Below, one piece after another: positions 7,668-17,269 of a DNA stretch of 64,000 bases. The notes under the pieces are model-generated. The model did not search any database and was not told the DNA's origin. It saw nothing but the letters and a program-made list of their open reading frames with translations. This DNA comes from Dehalococcoidia bacterium (lineage in GTDB: Bacteria; Chloroflexota; Dehalococcoidia; Plut-88900). The stretch spans positions 672,001 through 736,000 of the forward strand of contig CBDBLV010000005.1 of the NCBI GenBank assembly GCA_965207225.1, read 5' to 3'. Position numbers and translations under genes: made by a program. The first letter of the stretch is position 1. Each line of letters starts with the position of its first letter.

Positions 7668-8861
7668 ATGCCCGAAAATCCGCTTGAGTTCCTAATCATC
7701 GAAGAGGCCCGCCGCAAGGGCCCCATCACCTTCGCCCGTTTCATGGAGTTGGCCCTCTATCACCCGACCCTCGGCTATTACCCCACGGGTCCCGACCCCA
7801 TAGGCGCCGACGGCGACTTCTATACCAGCCCCGGGGCCCATCCCGCCTTTGGCGCCCTCCTCGCCATCCAGCTCGCCGACATGTGGGACAAGCTCGGCAA
7901 CCCCTTCCCCTTTCACGCTATCGAACTCGGCGCTGGCTCCGGTATCCTCGCCACCGACATCCTCGAATTTGCCCCTCACATCTCCCCAGCTTTCTCCGAA
8001 GCCCTCCAATACGTCACCATAGATAGACGCCCAGCCCACAACGCGGCAGGAGCCCACCCCATCATCTCCGATGCTCTCCCCCTCCGAAACATAACTGGCT
8101 GCATCCTCTCCAACGAATACTTCGACGCCCTCCCCGTCCACCGGGTCACGATGCAGAACGGCAGGCTCCTGGAAGTCTACGTCGGCCTGGAAGATGACAC
8201 CCTAGTTGAAGTCATCGGCAAACCCTCCACCCCCCTACTCCAGCAAAGATTGACCGACCTCAACGTCACCTTCGCAGAGGGTCAAAAGGCTGAGATTGAC
8301 CTCGCTCTTGATACCATCACCCGCTCCCTCTCGCATTCCCTCCGCTGCGGCTATGTCCTCACCTTCGACTACGGCCACCCCGCCCGAGACCTCTACTCCC
8401 CCTCCCGACTCTCGGGCACGCTTGCTTGCCACTACCAGCACACCCTGAACACTCAGCCACTCCGGCGTATCGGCCATCAGGACATCACCGCCCACGTGGA
8501 TTTCACAACCCTTGCCAAAACCGGGGGATGCTACGGACTTGAATCCGGCGAATTGGTTACCCAGAGAGACTTCCTGGGCAACCTCGGCATCGTGACACTA
8601 AAGGATCGCCTGAGAGACCTAGGCCTGACCACCACCCAGTACAACGCCAACCTCATGGCCCTCGGCAACCTCATAGACCCCGACGCCCTCGGCGGCTTCA
8701 AAGTCCTAGTCCAGTCCAAGGGCGTTGGATTGGAAAATCTGTCCGGCCTCGGCGGCCAGGGCCGCATCTTCACCCACGACCTCCCCGTCCCCCTCCCCAC
8801 CCGACGCCACCTCAACCTCCTACGGGGCAAATACCCTCACCTCGCCTGGGAAGTCACCTAG
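7668..8861 (+). CDS. SAM-dependent methyltransferase, MidA/NDUFAF7 family
   Basis: GPITFARFMELALY, GDFYTSP, ELGAGSG, SNEYFDALP, DYG and QDITAHVDF. Start taken at ATG 7668; the longer ORF call overlaps pxpA. Confidence 0.92.
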   Translation: MPENPLEFLIIEEARRKGPITFARFMELALYHPTLGYYPTGPDPIGADGDFYTSPGAHPAFGALLAIQLADMWDKLGNPFPFHAIELGAGSGILATDILEFAPHISPAFSEALQYVTIDRRPAHNAAGAHPIISDALPLRNITGCILSNEYFDALPVHRVTMQNGRLLEVYVGLEDDTLVEVIGKPSTPLLQQRLTDLNVTFAEGQKAEIDLALDTITRSLSHSLRCGYVLTFDYGHPARDLYSPSRLSGTLACHYQHTLNTQPLRRIGHQDITAHVDFTTLAKTGGCYGLESGELVTQRDFLGNLGIVTLKDRLRDLGLTTTQYNANLMALGNLIDPDALGGFKVLVQSKGVGLENLSGLGGQGRIFTHDLPVPLPTRRHLNLLRGKYPHLAWEVT

Positions 8862-8897
8862 CTGTAACCAGCCCTCTTCCCGCGCCACCCGAATTGC

Positions 8898-9701
8898 CTA
8901 GAACCCCGCTATATCCTCCCCGCCGTCCACCCCGATAACGTCGCCGTTGATCCAGTTCGTCGGACCTGTTGCCAGCATCGCGATAGCCGCCGCTACGTCC
9001 TGCGGTGTCGTCATTCTCCCGCTCGGATTGTTCGCTGTGGCACCGGCTATCAGGTCCTCGTGGCCCGGGATCTTCCTTAGTGCCGGCGTGTCTGTTATCC
9101 CGGCTCTTACCGCGTTCACCGTGATCCCTCGACCCCCAAGCTCCATCGCCAGCTGCCTCACGTGCGACTCCAGCGCTGCCTTCGCCGCCGACACCGCTCC
9201 GTATGTCGGCACAACCCGGTGAGACCCGGCGCTCGTCAACGCATACACCCGACCCCCCTCCCCCATCAGCCCCCTGTGCACCAGGTCCTGCATCCAGTAC
9301 ACCAGCGTGTTCGCCATCACGTGCAGCGTCATATCCATCTGCGCCTGCGTCAACGAGTCCTTCGGGTCATCCGTGATATACGCCTTCAGAGTCCCGAACG
9401 CCAGCGAGTGGACCAGAACCTTCACCGACTCCCCTTCCCCCAGGTTCTCTTTCACGCTGTCCAGTACGCTTGCCCTCTTGGCGTCATCCGCGGCATTTGT
9501 GTTAAAGAACAGCGCCTTCACCCCCGACTCCTCGATCTTAGCTGCTATAGCCTCGGCGTTTGCCAGCGTTGCCCTCCTGTCCAGGTGGACTCCCGCAATG
9601 TTTAGTCCCTTTTCTGCCAGGGCCAGCGCACACGCCCCCCCGAACCCGCTGGACGCACCCAGCACTACCGCCCAGTCCCGACCGTCGTTCGCTCCGTTCA
9701 A
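8898..9701 (-). CDS. SDR oxidoreductase, enoyl-ACP reductase (FabL/FabI)-like
   Basis: GASSGFG, YGAVSAAK (Y-x6-K spacing) and TDTPALRKIPG. Confidence 0.85.
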   Translation of the reverse strand: MNGANDGRDWAVVLGASSGFGGACALALAEKGLNIAGVHLDRRATLANAEAIAAKIEESGVKALFFNTNAADDAKRASVLDSVKENLGEGESVKVLVHSLAFGTLKAYITDDPKDSLTQAQMDMTLHVMANTLVYWMQDLVHRGLMGEGGRVYALTSAGSHRVVPTYGAVSAAKAALESHVRQLAMELGGRGITVNAVRAGITDTPALRKIPGHEDLIAGATANNPSGRMTTPQDVAAAIAMLATGPTNWINGDVIGVDGGEDIAGF

Positions 9702-10090
9702 TCTTTGTTACCTCCGTGGCCTGGGTCTCGGCGCCTGGTTATCTCCACCGCCGCGCCCTTGAGTTTCGCACCCTTTAGCGGCACATCCGGCTTGCCAACC
9801 TTCACCCTTATCTGCTCAACGGGGAAGTCTCTTAGCACCCGACCTGCAATTTCACCCGCCACCGCCTCGATGAGATCGCGGGAAGGCCCTTCTACAATTT
9901 CCTTGATTGAGCGGAAGACGTGGCTGTAATTAACGGTGTCTTCCAGGTCGTCCGTCTCCGAGGCCCTGCTCAGATCGGCAGTCATCTCAACATCGACTAT
10001 GAAGCGCTGTCCCTGGGTCTTCTCGCTCTCATTGACCCCGTGATAGGCATAGAACTCCATGCCTTCCAGCAGGATCTTGTCGCCCTGCAA
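9698..10090 (-). CDS. folB: Dihydroneopterin aldolase
   Basis: FYAYHGV..EK..GQRF, DDLEDTVNY, LIEAVA and KP motifs. Confidence 0.95.
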   Translation of the reverse strand: MQGDKILLEGMEFYAYHGVNESEKTQGQRFIVDVEMTADLSRASETDDLEDTVNYSHVFRSIKEIVEGPSRDLIEAVAGEIAGRVLRDFPVEQIRVKVGKPDVPLKGAKLKGAAVEITRRRDPGHGGNKD

Positions 10091-10098
10091 CGGAGCCC

Positions 10099-10674
10099 CT
10101 ACGCCTTGGCCAGCCTTCCGTCCAGCCCAAGCTCCGAGGCCACGCCGTGCATCGCCTCGATGATCGTCGCTATATGATCGTCAAGCTCGACGCCTAGTTG
10201 CGCCGTCCCGTTCGTGATGTCTTCACGAATAACGCCGCGGGCGAAAGACTTGTCCTTCAGCTTCTTCTTCACCGACCTGACTTTCACATCACCTATGTTC
10301 TTGGTCGGCTGCACCAGCGCAACGGCGTTCACCAGGCCGACCAGCTCGTCGCACGCGAATATAGCCTTGTCCATGTTCGTCCTGCGCTCAAGACCCAGGT
10401 AGTCGGCGTGACACTGGATAGCGTAGATGACCTCTTCCGGGAATCCCCGCTCTCTCAGGATCCTGGAGCCTTCCATCGGGTGCTTGTCGACTGTCGGGTG
10501 TACCTCGTAGTCGAAGTCATGCAGAAGCCCGACAAGCCCATACACATCTTCATCCTCCCCATATTTGCGGGCGTAGGCCCGCATCGCCGCCTCCACTCCG
10601 AGCCCGTGCTTCCGCAGCTTCTCGCTCTTCGTGTACTCGTATAGGAGGTCTAGCGCCTCCTGTCTCGTTTTCAT
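10099..10674 (-). CDS. HD-domain phosphohydrolase
   Basis: GLLHDFDYE, ACDEL and KxKDKSFARGV motifs. Confidence 0.9.
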   Translation of the reverse strand: MKTRQEALDLLYEYTKSEKLRKHGLGVEAAMRAYARKYGEDEDVYGLVGLLHDFDYEVHPTVDKHPMEGSRILRERGFPEEVIYAIQCHADYLGLERRTNMDKAIFACDELVGLVNAVALVQPTKNIGDVKVRSVKKKLKDKSFARGVIREDITNGTAQLGVELDDHIATIIEAMHGVASELGLDGRLAKA

Positions 10675-10713
10675 AGGCTCACGCTTGAGAGCGACTGTTG
10701 GACTGCAGGCTGC

Positions 10714-11175
10714 CTAGAGCGCAGCAGCCTTCGCGGCAAGCGCTTTGACGTCGGGCAGACCGCCCTCATAAACCTCCGCCGCCTGCACCACTCCCTGCTT
10801 GTCTATCAGGAAGCACGCCCGCTTGCTAATCCCGTTCTCAGTCATGATCCCGTACAGATCGGCAACCGCGCCCTTGGGATGGAAGTCAGCCAGCAGCGGG
10901 AACCACAAGCCTCCTAGCGTCAGGTCGTACACCTTGTGCGCAAAGATGCTGTCTATGCTCAGCCCTAGCACCTGAGTGTTGGCGTCTTCAAAGGACTTCT
11001 TGGCCGCCCGAAGGGTAGCCAGTTCCGTGCTTCAGCCACCTGTGAAATCAAGTATGTAGAATGCCAGCAGTACGTTCTTTTCCCCTTTGTATTGGCTCAG
11101 GGTGACCTTACCTCCCTGAGTTGCCTGAAGGGTGAAGTCCGGGGCTTCCTGCCCGATCTGGACCTGCTCTGCCAT
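10714..11175 (-). CDS. AhpE-like peroxiredoxin, probable selenoprotein (UGA at 11032-11034)
   Basis: Two ORF-track fragments are in one frame, separated only by TGA: APDFTL...FYILDFTGG(U)STEL...FPLLADFHPKGAVADLYG...RACFLIDK. GGAGG RBS before ATG 11175. Confidence 0.88.
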
Positions 11176-11354
11176 GAGTTTTCCTCCTAGAATTTTCGTC
11201 TGAGGCTGCTTCCCGCAGCCGTGCAATCATATCACAAAGCACTTAATTCAGCTTCAGACCCGACTGTACGTTTGAGGGCCGGGCTACCGGATGCTATCTT
11301 ATGACAGACTATCCCGCTAACCCGTTTACTAGCGTAAGAACTAAGACCGCTGTC

Positions 11355-11660
11355 ATGAATGCCCAGGTTGCAATCCAAAAGAAGAGACTCGCATCCCTTT
11401 GTCGTGCCAAAGGCATTAAGCGGTTGGCCGTATTCGGTTCTGCCCTCCGCCCCGACTTCTCACCTGAGAGCGACATCGACGTCTTGGTCGAATTCGAACG
11501 GGGCCGCACTCCCGGACTGCTGGGTATAAGTCGCCTGGAACGAGAGCTTTCACCCTTGTTTGGTCAACGAAAGATCGACCTGCGCACCCTCGAAGACCTG
11601 AGCATCTACTTCCGCCAAGAGGTAATGGAAGAGGCTGAAGTGCAGTATGGACAGGCTTGA
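11355..11660 (+). CDS. Minimal nucleotidyltransferase (MNT) antitoxin
   Basis: FGSALRPDF..ESDIDVLVEF; overlaps the HEPN gene. Start could be 11301 or 11355. Confidence 0.9.
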   Translation: MNAQVAIQKKRLASLCRAKGIKRLAVFGSALRPDFSPESDIDVLVEFERGRTPGLLGISRLERELSPLFGQRKIDLRTLEDLSIYFRQEVMEEAEVQYGQA

Positions 11661-11991
11661 TGCGGTTCGCCTCCGTCACATGCTGGACGCGGCGCGTGAG
11701 GCTCTGTCGTTCATAGAAGGGAAAAACCGATCTGAGCTCGACGCAAATCGGATACTGGTTCTGTCGCTGGTTAAAGAGGTTGAGATTATCGGTGAGGCGG
11801 CCTACAGAGTATCAGAATCCACCCGAAATGAGCTTCCTGCAATCCCTTGGGCCGATGTAATAGGCATGCGTCATCGACTCGTCCACGCCTACTTTGATAT
11901 CAATCTTGATGTATTGTGGCGTACGCTGGTGCAGGACATTCCCCTACTGATCCCAGCGATAGAGGGCACGCTGACTGGGAGCTCACATTGA
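11647..11991 (+). CDS. DUF86/HepT-like HEPN RNase toxin
   Basis: EIIGEAA, IPW, R-x4-H-x-Y (RHRLVHAY); lower-GC insert. Confidence 0.9.
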   Translation: MDRLDAVRLRHMLDAAREALSFIEGKNRSELDANRILVLSLVKEVEIIGEAAYRVSESTRNELPAIPWADVIGMRHRLVHAYFDINLDVLWRTLVQDIPLLIPAIEGTLTGSSH

Positions 11992-12028
11992 GTGAGGAGG
12001 TTGGGGCTACGTGGAAGCGTCTGCTCAG

Positions 12029-13174
12029 CTATCCCCGCTCATCCAGCGGCACGTACTCCAGGTCCATAGGGCCCGTGTACTCCGCCAGCGGCCGGATCAA
12101 TATGTTCTTCTCGTGCTGCTCCACCACCTGCAGCGTCCACCCCGGGATCCGACCCATCGCGAACAGCGGAATGAACAGGTCGTCCGGGATCCCGAGAAGG
12201 TGGTAGATCGAACCCGCGTAGAAGTCCACGTTCACGAACACGCCCCGCTTCCGATATGGCGCCATCGCCTCTTCCACCCTGGTCAGGATCTGATACCACT
12301 CCGGCTGTCCCATCTTCTGCCCCAGCGCCCGAGACCTCTCCCTCAGGTGACCCGCCCGTGGGTCCTCGGCCTTGTAAACCCGGTGCCCGAATCCCATGAT
12401 CCGACCGCCGTTTTTGATCGTGTCTCGCACGTATGTCTCTGCGTTGTCCGGAGACCCGATCGCCAGCGTCATAGTCTGCGCCGCCTCCGCCGCACCCCCA
12501 TGCGCTGGCCCCTTCAGCACAGCAATTCCCGTCACTACTGCCGAGTGCAGGTCCGAAATCGTGCTGGCACACACCCGAGCTGCAAACGCCGACGCATTCG
12601 TCCCATGTTCAGCGTGCAGGATAAAGTCCACGTCCAGTAGCTTGGCATCCTCTTCCGTTGGCTTCTCCCCGTGCAGCATGTGCAGGAAGCTCGCCGCATG
12701 ACCTAGGGTCGGGTCTGGAGTCACCGGCACCAACCCCTGCCTTATCCGGTGGTGCGCCGCAACTATTGTCGCTGCCTGAGACGTCAGCCGGATCCCCTTT
12801 CGGATGTTCGATTCCGACGAGTTGTCATCTACGTCAGGGTCAAAAGCCGACAGAGCTGACACCCCAGTCCGCATCACGTCCATCGGGTGGGCGTCCTTCG
12901 CCAGGTCGATTACCTGGTAGACCGCATCGGGTATCTGGCGGCTGCTCTTTAACGACTCGTCTATTTCGCTTAGCTGGCTGCGGGTGGGCAGGGACCCGTG
13001 TAGGAGCAGGTAGGTCGTCTCTTCAAATGTCGACTTTTCGGCCAGGTCGTGAATGTTATATCCACGATACAGGAGCTTGCCGACCTCACCATCTATGAAA
13101 GATGCCGCGGACCGTTCGAAATATATCCCCTTCAGGCCCCGATGTAGCTGGATCTCTTCTTTGGCCTCGGCCAT
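12029..13174 (-). CDS. Citrate synthase / 2-methylcitrate synthase
   Basis: LLYRGY, HAEHGTNAS, GPAHGGA, GFGHRVYK, NVDFY and IRP motifs. Confidence 0.95.
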   Translation of the reverse strand: MAEAKEEIQLHRGLKGIYFERSAASFIDGEVGKLLYRGYNIHDLAEKSTFEETTYLLLHGSLPTRSQLSEIDESLKSSRQIPDAVYQVIDLAKDAHPMDVMRTGVSALSAFDPDVDDNSSESNIRKGIRLTSQAATIVAAHHRIRQGLVPVTPDPTLGHAASFLHMLHGEKPTEEDAKLLDVDFILHAEHGTNASAFAARVCASTISDLHSAVVTGIAVLKGPAHGGAAEAAQTMTLAIGSPDNAETYVRDTIKNGGRIMGFGHRVYKAEDPRAGHLRERSRALGQKMGQPEWYQILTRVEEAMAPYRKRGVFVNVDFYAGSIYHLLGIPDDLFIPLFAMGRIPGWTLQVVEQHEKNILIRPLAEYTGPMDLEYVPLDERG

Positions 13175-13507
13175 TACTGCTCCCTGAATGCCCTGCCTAT
13201 TTTTCAGGCAGCCCCGATGCCCTGGGCCTTTACCCCATCGCGCTGCCCGATTTGTCTGATGATTCTCTGGTTATGCGCCCCTAATTCTGCCCTTAAATCG
13301 TGTCCCGCGTCTCGTCGCTTTTTGGGAGTCTGGGGTGCGGGCGTAAAGCACAGGCGCCGAGTTGCGACTTTATCATCGCGCCTGCCTGAGTGTCAACAGC
13401 GTATCACGTTTTCCTGCCCTTGCTTCTCTTTTTCCGGCCCGCATTCCCTCCCCCCAAATGCTCTTGCGAATACCTCTTGGCTGCCCATGCCCTTGCTAGC
13501 CTCCAAG

Positions 13508-13537
13508 TTGACAAACTACCCCCCCTGATGTTAGGAT
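13508..13537 (+). promoter_or_regulatory. Putative sigma70 promoter for korAB
   Basis: TTGACA, 18-nt spacer, extended -10 TG-t-TAGGAT. Confidence 0.5.
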
Positions 13538-13699
13538 GCCCCGGCCCTTGGCTACTGGTCAGTGGGCAAACTTGTGTGTTGGCGGGCCCTTGTCCTACCG
13601 ACAATAAGCGCGCAATAAATGTGAAGAAGTGGATTACCTGCAAATGGCCCGATACCCGACTCCCCTATTGTTCGGGCCTCCTAGACAGGAGAGTGGCAA

Positions 13700-15415
13700 T
13701 TGGAGACTAGAGACTTTGTAGTCCGTTTCGCCGGTGAGGGTGGTCAGGGCGTGGTCACCGCGGCCGCAGCCCTCGCCCAGGCCGCAGCGCAGGTGGGCTA
13801 CCACGTCCTTACATTTTCGACCTTCCCTTCCCAGATTCGCGGTGGCCCGACCTGGACCCAGGTTCGTGTTGCCACTTCCCCCATCCTCAGCTCCGGCGAC
13901 GCCCTCAACGTCCTGGTTGCCTTCAACCAGGAAGCCTACGACACCCACCGCGAAGAAGTCCGTGACGACGGCGTTGTCATATATAACACCGGCGACTTCT
14001 CCCTCGAAGAAGATGACCAGAGTGTAGGCCTTCCGTTTGAAGAATTGGCCCGCTCTACCGGCAACCTCCGGGCCGCCAACTTCGTCGTCGTCGGAGCCCT
14101 CGCCCACCTCGTCGACATGCCCCACGAATATCTCGCCGAGTTCAACCGCAAGCGCTACACCCGCGGCCGCCCCAACGACGAGGAGATCATCGAATCCAAC
14201 AACAAGGCCCTCCTCCTCGGCAGGGAAGGCGCCGCCAAGAGCGGCTTCAGCCTCGGCACCCTTGCCCCGGCCACCAGGACCGAGGGTGAGCAAGTCCTCA
14301 TCAACGGCAACCAGGCCCTCTCCATGGGCGCCATCGCTGCCGGGCTGGACTGCTTCATCGGCTACCCCATCTCCCCCGCCACTTCCATCCTCGTTTTCAT
14401 GGAAAACAACCTAATCGGAGAGGGCAAGTTCGCCTACCAGGCCAGCTCGGAGATCGAATCAATCAACGCCATAGTCGGCGCAGGATATTCGGGTAAGAAG
14501 GCCATGACCTCCACCGCAGGCCCGGGCTTCAGCCTCATGAGCGAGGGTCTCGGCTTCGCCTGGATGGCTGAAATCCCTTGCGTGGTCGTCGATGTCCAGC
14601 GCGGTGGCCCCGCCACCGGACTTCCGACCAAGACCGAACAGTCAGACCTCCTCACCGCCATCCACCCCGCCCACGGTGACATGGAGCTCCCAGTCATTGC
14701 CCCAGGCGATGTGTCGGAATGCTTCGACGCTGCAGTAAAGGCCCTCAACTGGGCCGAGCGCTACCAGGGCCCCGTGGCCATCCTCAGCGAGCACAACCTT
14801 TCTGAGAGGGCCCAGAACATCCCCAGACCCGACATCGACTCCGTCAACGCCGAGACCCGCCAGGTCTACACCGGCGCCAACGGCTACCTCCGCTACGAGG
14901 CCGCCCACGTCTCCCCCATGCCCCTCCCCGGCGGCCCCGGCCCCTACGTCGCCAATGCCAGCGAGCACGACCCCTATGGTGACACCACCCACCGCCCCGA
15001 CCGCCACATCCACATGACCAACCGGAGGTTCAGCAAGCTGGACCTGCTCAAGGAAAACGAGTTCGAGGTGGAAAACGGTGACTGCCCCGTAGCCCTATTG
15101 CCCTGGGGCGGCTCCAAGGGCCCGGCGCTCGAGGCGTACCGACAGCTCGTTGCCAGTGGCGTCGACCTGGGCTGGTACTACACCATGAACATCAACCCCC
15201 TGCCCCCGGCCCTCCTGGAAGAGCTCAAGAAGAAAGAGTTGGTCATTGTCCCCGAACTCAACTACTTGGGCCAGTTCTCCATGATTCTCAGGTCAAAGGG
15301 CGTCAACGCCGAGTCCATTTCCCAGATCACTGGCCTCCCCTTTAAGGTGCGAGACCTCGTGCAGTGGATCGGCGACAGAGTCCGAGTACAGTCTGAAAGG
15401 ACAGTCAAGGTATGA
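13700..15415 (+). CDS. korA: 2-oxoacid:ferredoxin oxidoreductase alpha subunit (gamma-alpha fusion)
   Basis: GEGGQGV, SQIRGG, GYPISP, TAGPG and QRGGPATGLPTKTEQSD. Confidence 0.92.
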   Translation: METRDFVVRFAGEGGQGVVTAAAALAQAAAQVGYHVLTFSTFPSQIRGGPTWTQVRVATSPILSSGDALNVLVAFNQEAYDTHREEVRDDGVVIYNTGDFSLEEDDQSVGLPFEELARSTGNLRAANFVVVGALAHLVDMPHEYLAEFNRKRYTRGRPNDEEIIESNNKALLLGREGAAKSGFSLGTLAPATRTEGEQVLINGNQALSMGAIAAGLDCFIGYPISPATSILVFMENNLIGEGKFAYQASSEIESINAIVGAGYSGKKAMTSTAGPGFSLMSEGLGFAWMAEIPCVVVDVQRGGPATGLPTKTEQSDLLTAIHPAHGDMELPVIAPGDVSECFDAAVKALNWAERYQGPVAILSEHNLSERAQNIPRPDIDSVNAETRQVYTGANGYLRYEAAHVSPMPLPGGPGPYVANASEHDPYGDTTHRPDRHIHMTNRRFSKLDLLKENEFEVENGDCPVALLPWGGSKGPALEAYRQLVASGVDLGWYYTMNINPLPPALLEELKKKELVIVPELNYLGQFSMILRSKGVNAESISQITGLPFKVRDLVQWIGDRVRVQSERTVKV

Positions 15416-16311
15416 CCACCCTGAAGCAAGCCCCAAGGAAAGCCCCGAAGGTCAAGAACCCCGAGTACGACTTCAAGTGGTGCCCCGGCTGCGGTGACTT
15501 CGGAGTCCGGCGCGCTGTCGAAATGGCCATCCGCGAAAGGGCCCTCAGGGACGAAGCCCCCCTAACCGAGACCGTAATCGTTGCCGGCATTGGCTGCTCC
15601 GGCAACCTCGTCCACCTCGTCGAGGGCGAGCAGCCCTTCGGAATTCACGGTGTCCACGGCCGTACCCTCCCCCAGGCCTTCGGCATTAAGATGGGCCGCC
15701 CCGAGCTTAGCGTCCTCGTCGTTGCCGGAGACGGCGACTTCCTCAGCATCGGTGGCGAACACATCGTTCCTCAGGCCCAGCGCAACCTCGATGTCTGCGC
15801 GGTGATCATGGACAACGGCGTCTACGGCCTCACCAAGGGCCAGAGCTCCCCGACCACCGAATTCGGCGTAAAGACTTCCAGCACCCCCTACGGCAAGATC
15901 GAAGGCTCCGTCGACCCCTTGGACCTCTACCTCACCGCCGGCGTCTCCTTTATCGCTTCCGGATTCTCAGGCAAGCCCAAGGACTTGGCCAGCCTCATAG
16001 TGCAGGGCATGGATCACAAGGGTTTCTCCATCGTCCACATCCAGTCCCCTTGCACCGAGTACAACGACACCTACGAGCTTCTCAAGGGCAACGCCAAGCA
16101 AGGCATCAAGCCCGCCCTCTGGCCCCTCCCCGACGACTATGACTCCTCCGACAAGCGGTCCGCCTACGAGGCCATTCACGAACCCGGCATCCCCGTTGGC
16201 ATTCTCTACAAAGACCCCGATTCCGTACCCATGCAGGACCGCCAGGACGAGATCCGGGGCAAGGCCCGTCAGAGGCCCCTCTCAAAACTCCTCGACGGTT
16301 TCAGGGTCTAG
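15412..16311 (+). CDS. korB: 2-oxoacid:ferredoxin oxidoreductase beta subunit
   Basis: WCPGCG, GIGCS, GDGD TPP motif and YGLTKGQSSPT. Confidence 0.93.
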   Translation: MTTLKQAPRKAPKVKNPEYDFKWCPGCGDFGVRRAVEMAIRERALRDEAPLTETVIVAGIGCSGNLVHLVEGEQPFGIHGVHGRTLPQAFGIKMGRPELSVLVVAGDGDFLSIGGEHIVPQAQRNLDVCAVIMDNGVYGLTKGQSSPTTEFGVKTSSTPYGKIEGSVDPLDLYLTAGVSFIASGFSGKPKDLASLIVQGMDHKGFSIVHIQSPCTEYNDTYELLKGNAKQGIKPALWPLPDDYDSSDKRSAYEAIHEPGIPVGILYKDPDSVPMQDRQDEIRGKARQRPLSKLLDGFRV

Positions 16312-16337
16312 TAAGTCCCCCCAATATAGTTGAGCCT

Positions 16338-16375
16338 CTTTGGGCCGCTGATAAGCGGCCCAAAGTCTTTTCGTT
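16338..16375 (+). terminator. Probable intrinsic terminator after korB
   Basis: CTTTGGGCCGCT-gata-AGCGGCCCAAAG followed by TCTTTTCGTT. Confidence 0.65.
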
Positions 16376-17083
16376 ATGCTTGCCGAACATAGAGAAACCC
16401 GCACAACCGCGGACCTGCTCCAGGTCTACGACCTTGGCCTCGTCGACTATCAGACCGCTCTCGCCCTCCAGACCGACCTCCGTGACCGCCGTATAGCAGG
16501 CCAAATCCCCGATACCCTCCTCCTCCTCGAACACCCCCCCGTCATCACCCTCGGCCGCTCCGGCAACCTCGCTAACGTCCTTGTTTCAGAATCTGAGCTC
16601 TCTGCCCGGGGCATCCAGTTCATCCACTCCAACCGTGGCGGAGACGTCACCTACCACGGCCCGGGCCAGGTAGTCGGCTACGCCATCATGGACCTCGCCC
16701 GACACGGCACAGACCTGCGGAAGCACCTCTGGAAACTGGAAGAAGCCCTGATTTCTGCCCTTGCAAGCCTTGGCGTCACCGGGACCCGGCGAGACGGAGA
16801 AACCGGCGTCTGGGTCGCCCGGAACAAGATCGCCTCCATAGGCATTCACGTGAAACGCTGGGTAACCATGCACGGCTTCGCCCTCAACCTCGCCCCCGAC
16901 TTTGACCGCCTCTCCCTCATAAACCATTGCGGCATCACTGACGCCCCCATGACCTCCATACAAAATGTCCTCGCACGTCCTGTCCACCCACCCCGCGTCC
17001 GCCGCGCCCTCATAAACTCCTTTTCCCAAGTCTTTGACCTTACTCCAACTAACTCCCCAAATCCCTTGCCTCTTTCCCCGTAG
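16376..17083 (+). CDS. lipB: Lipoyl(octanoyl) transferase
   Basis: LEHPPVITLG, RGGDVTYHGPGQ, KIASIG, HGFALN and CG motifs. Confidence 0.95.
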   Translation: MLAEHRETRTTADLLQVYDLGLVDYQTALALQTDLRDRRIAGQIPDTLLLLEHPPVITLGRSGNLANVLVSESELSARGIQFIHSNRGGDVTYHGPGQVVGYAIMDLARHGTDLRKHLWKLEEALISALASLGVTGTRRDGETGVWVARNKIASIGIHVKRWVTMHGFALNLAPDFDRLSLINHCGITDAPMTSIQNVLARPVHPPRVRRALINSFSQVFDLTPTNSPNPLPLSP

Positions 17084-17165
17084 GGGTGGCCGACTGGTCC
17101 CCACACCCTCACTGTGACATCCACCCCTCCTCCCGCTCCCCTATCCGCATTCGTCCATTTTCCTC

Positions 17166-17194
17166 TTGCGCACTAAATCCTATGTAGTTAAAAT
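17166..17194 (+). promoter_or_regulatory. sigma70 promoter of groESL
   Basis: TTGCGC, 17-nt spacer, TAAAAT, directly upstream of CIRCE. Confidence 0.7.
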
Positions 17195-17203
17195 CTCCGT
17201 CGG

Positions 17204-17230
17204 TTAGCACTCTAAACAGCAGAGTGCTAA
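17204..17230 (+). promoter_or_regulatory. CIRCE operator (HrcA site)
   Basis: Perfect TTAGCACTC-N9-GAGTGCTAA upstream of groES. Confidence 0.97.
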
Positions 17231-17269
17231 AATTATGTGCAAACGGAGGATCCGAAAGGAGGACCCATA

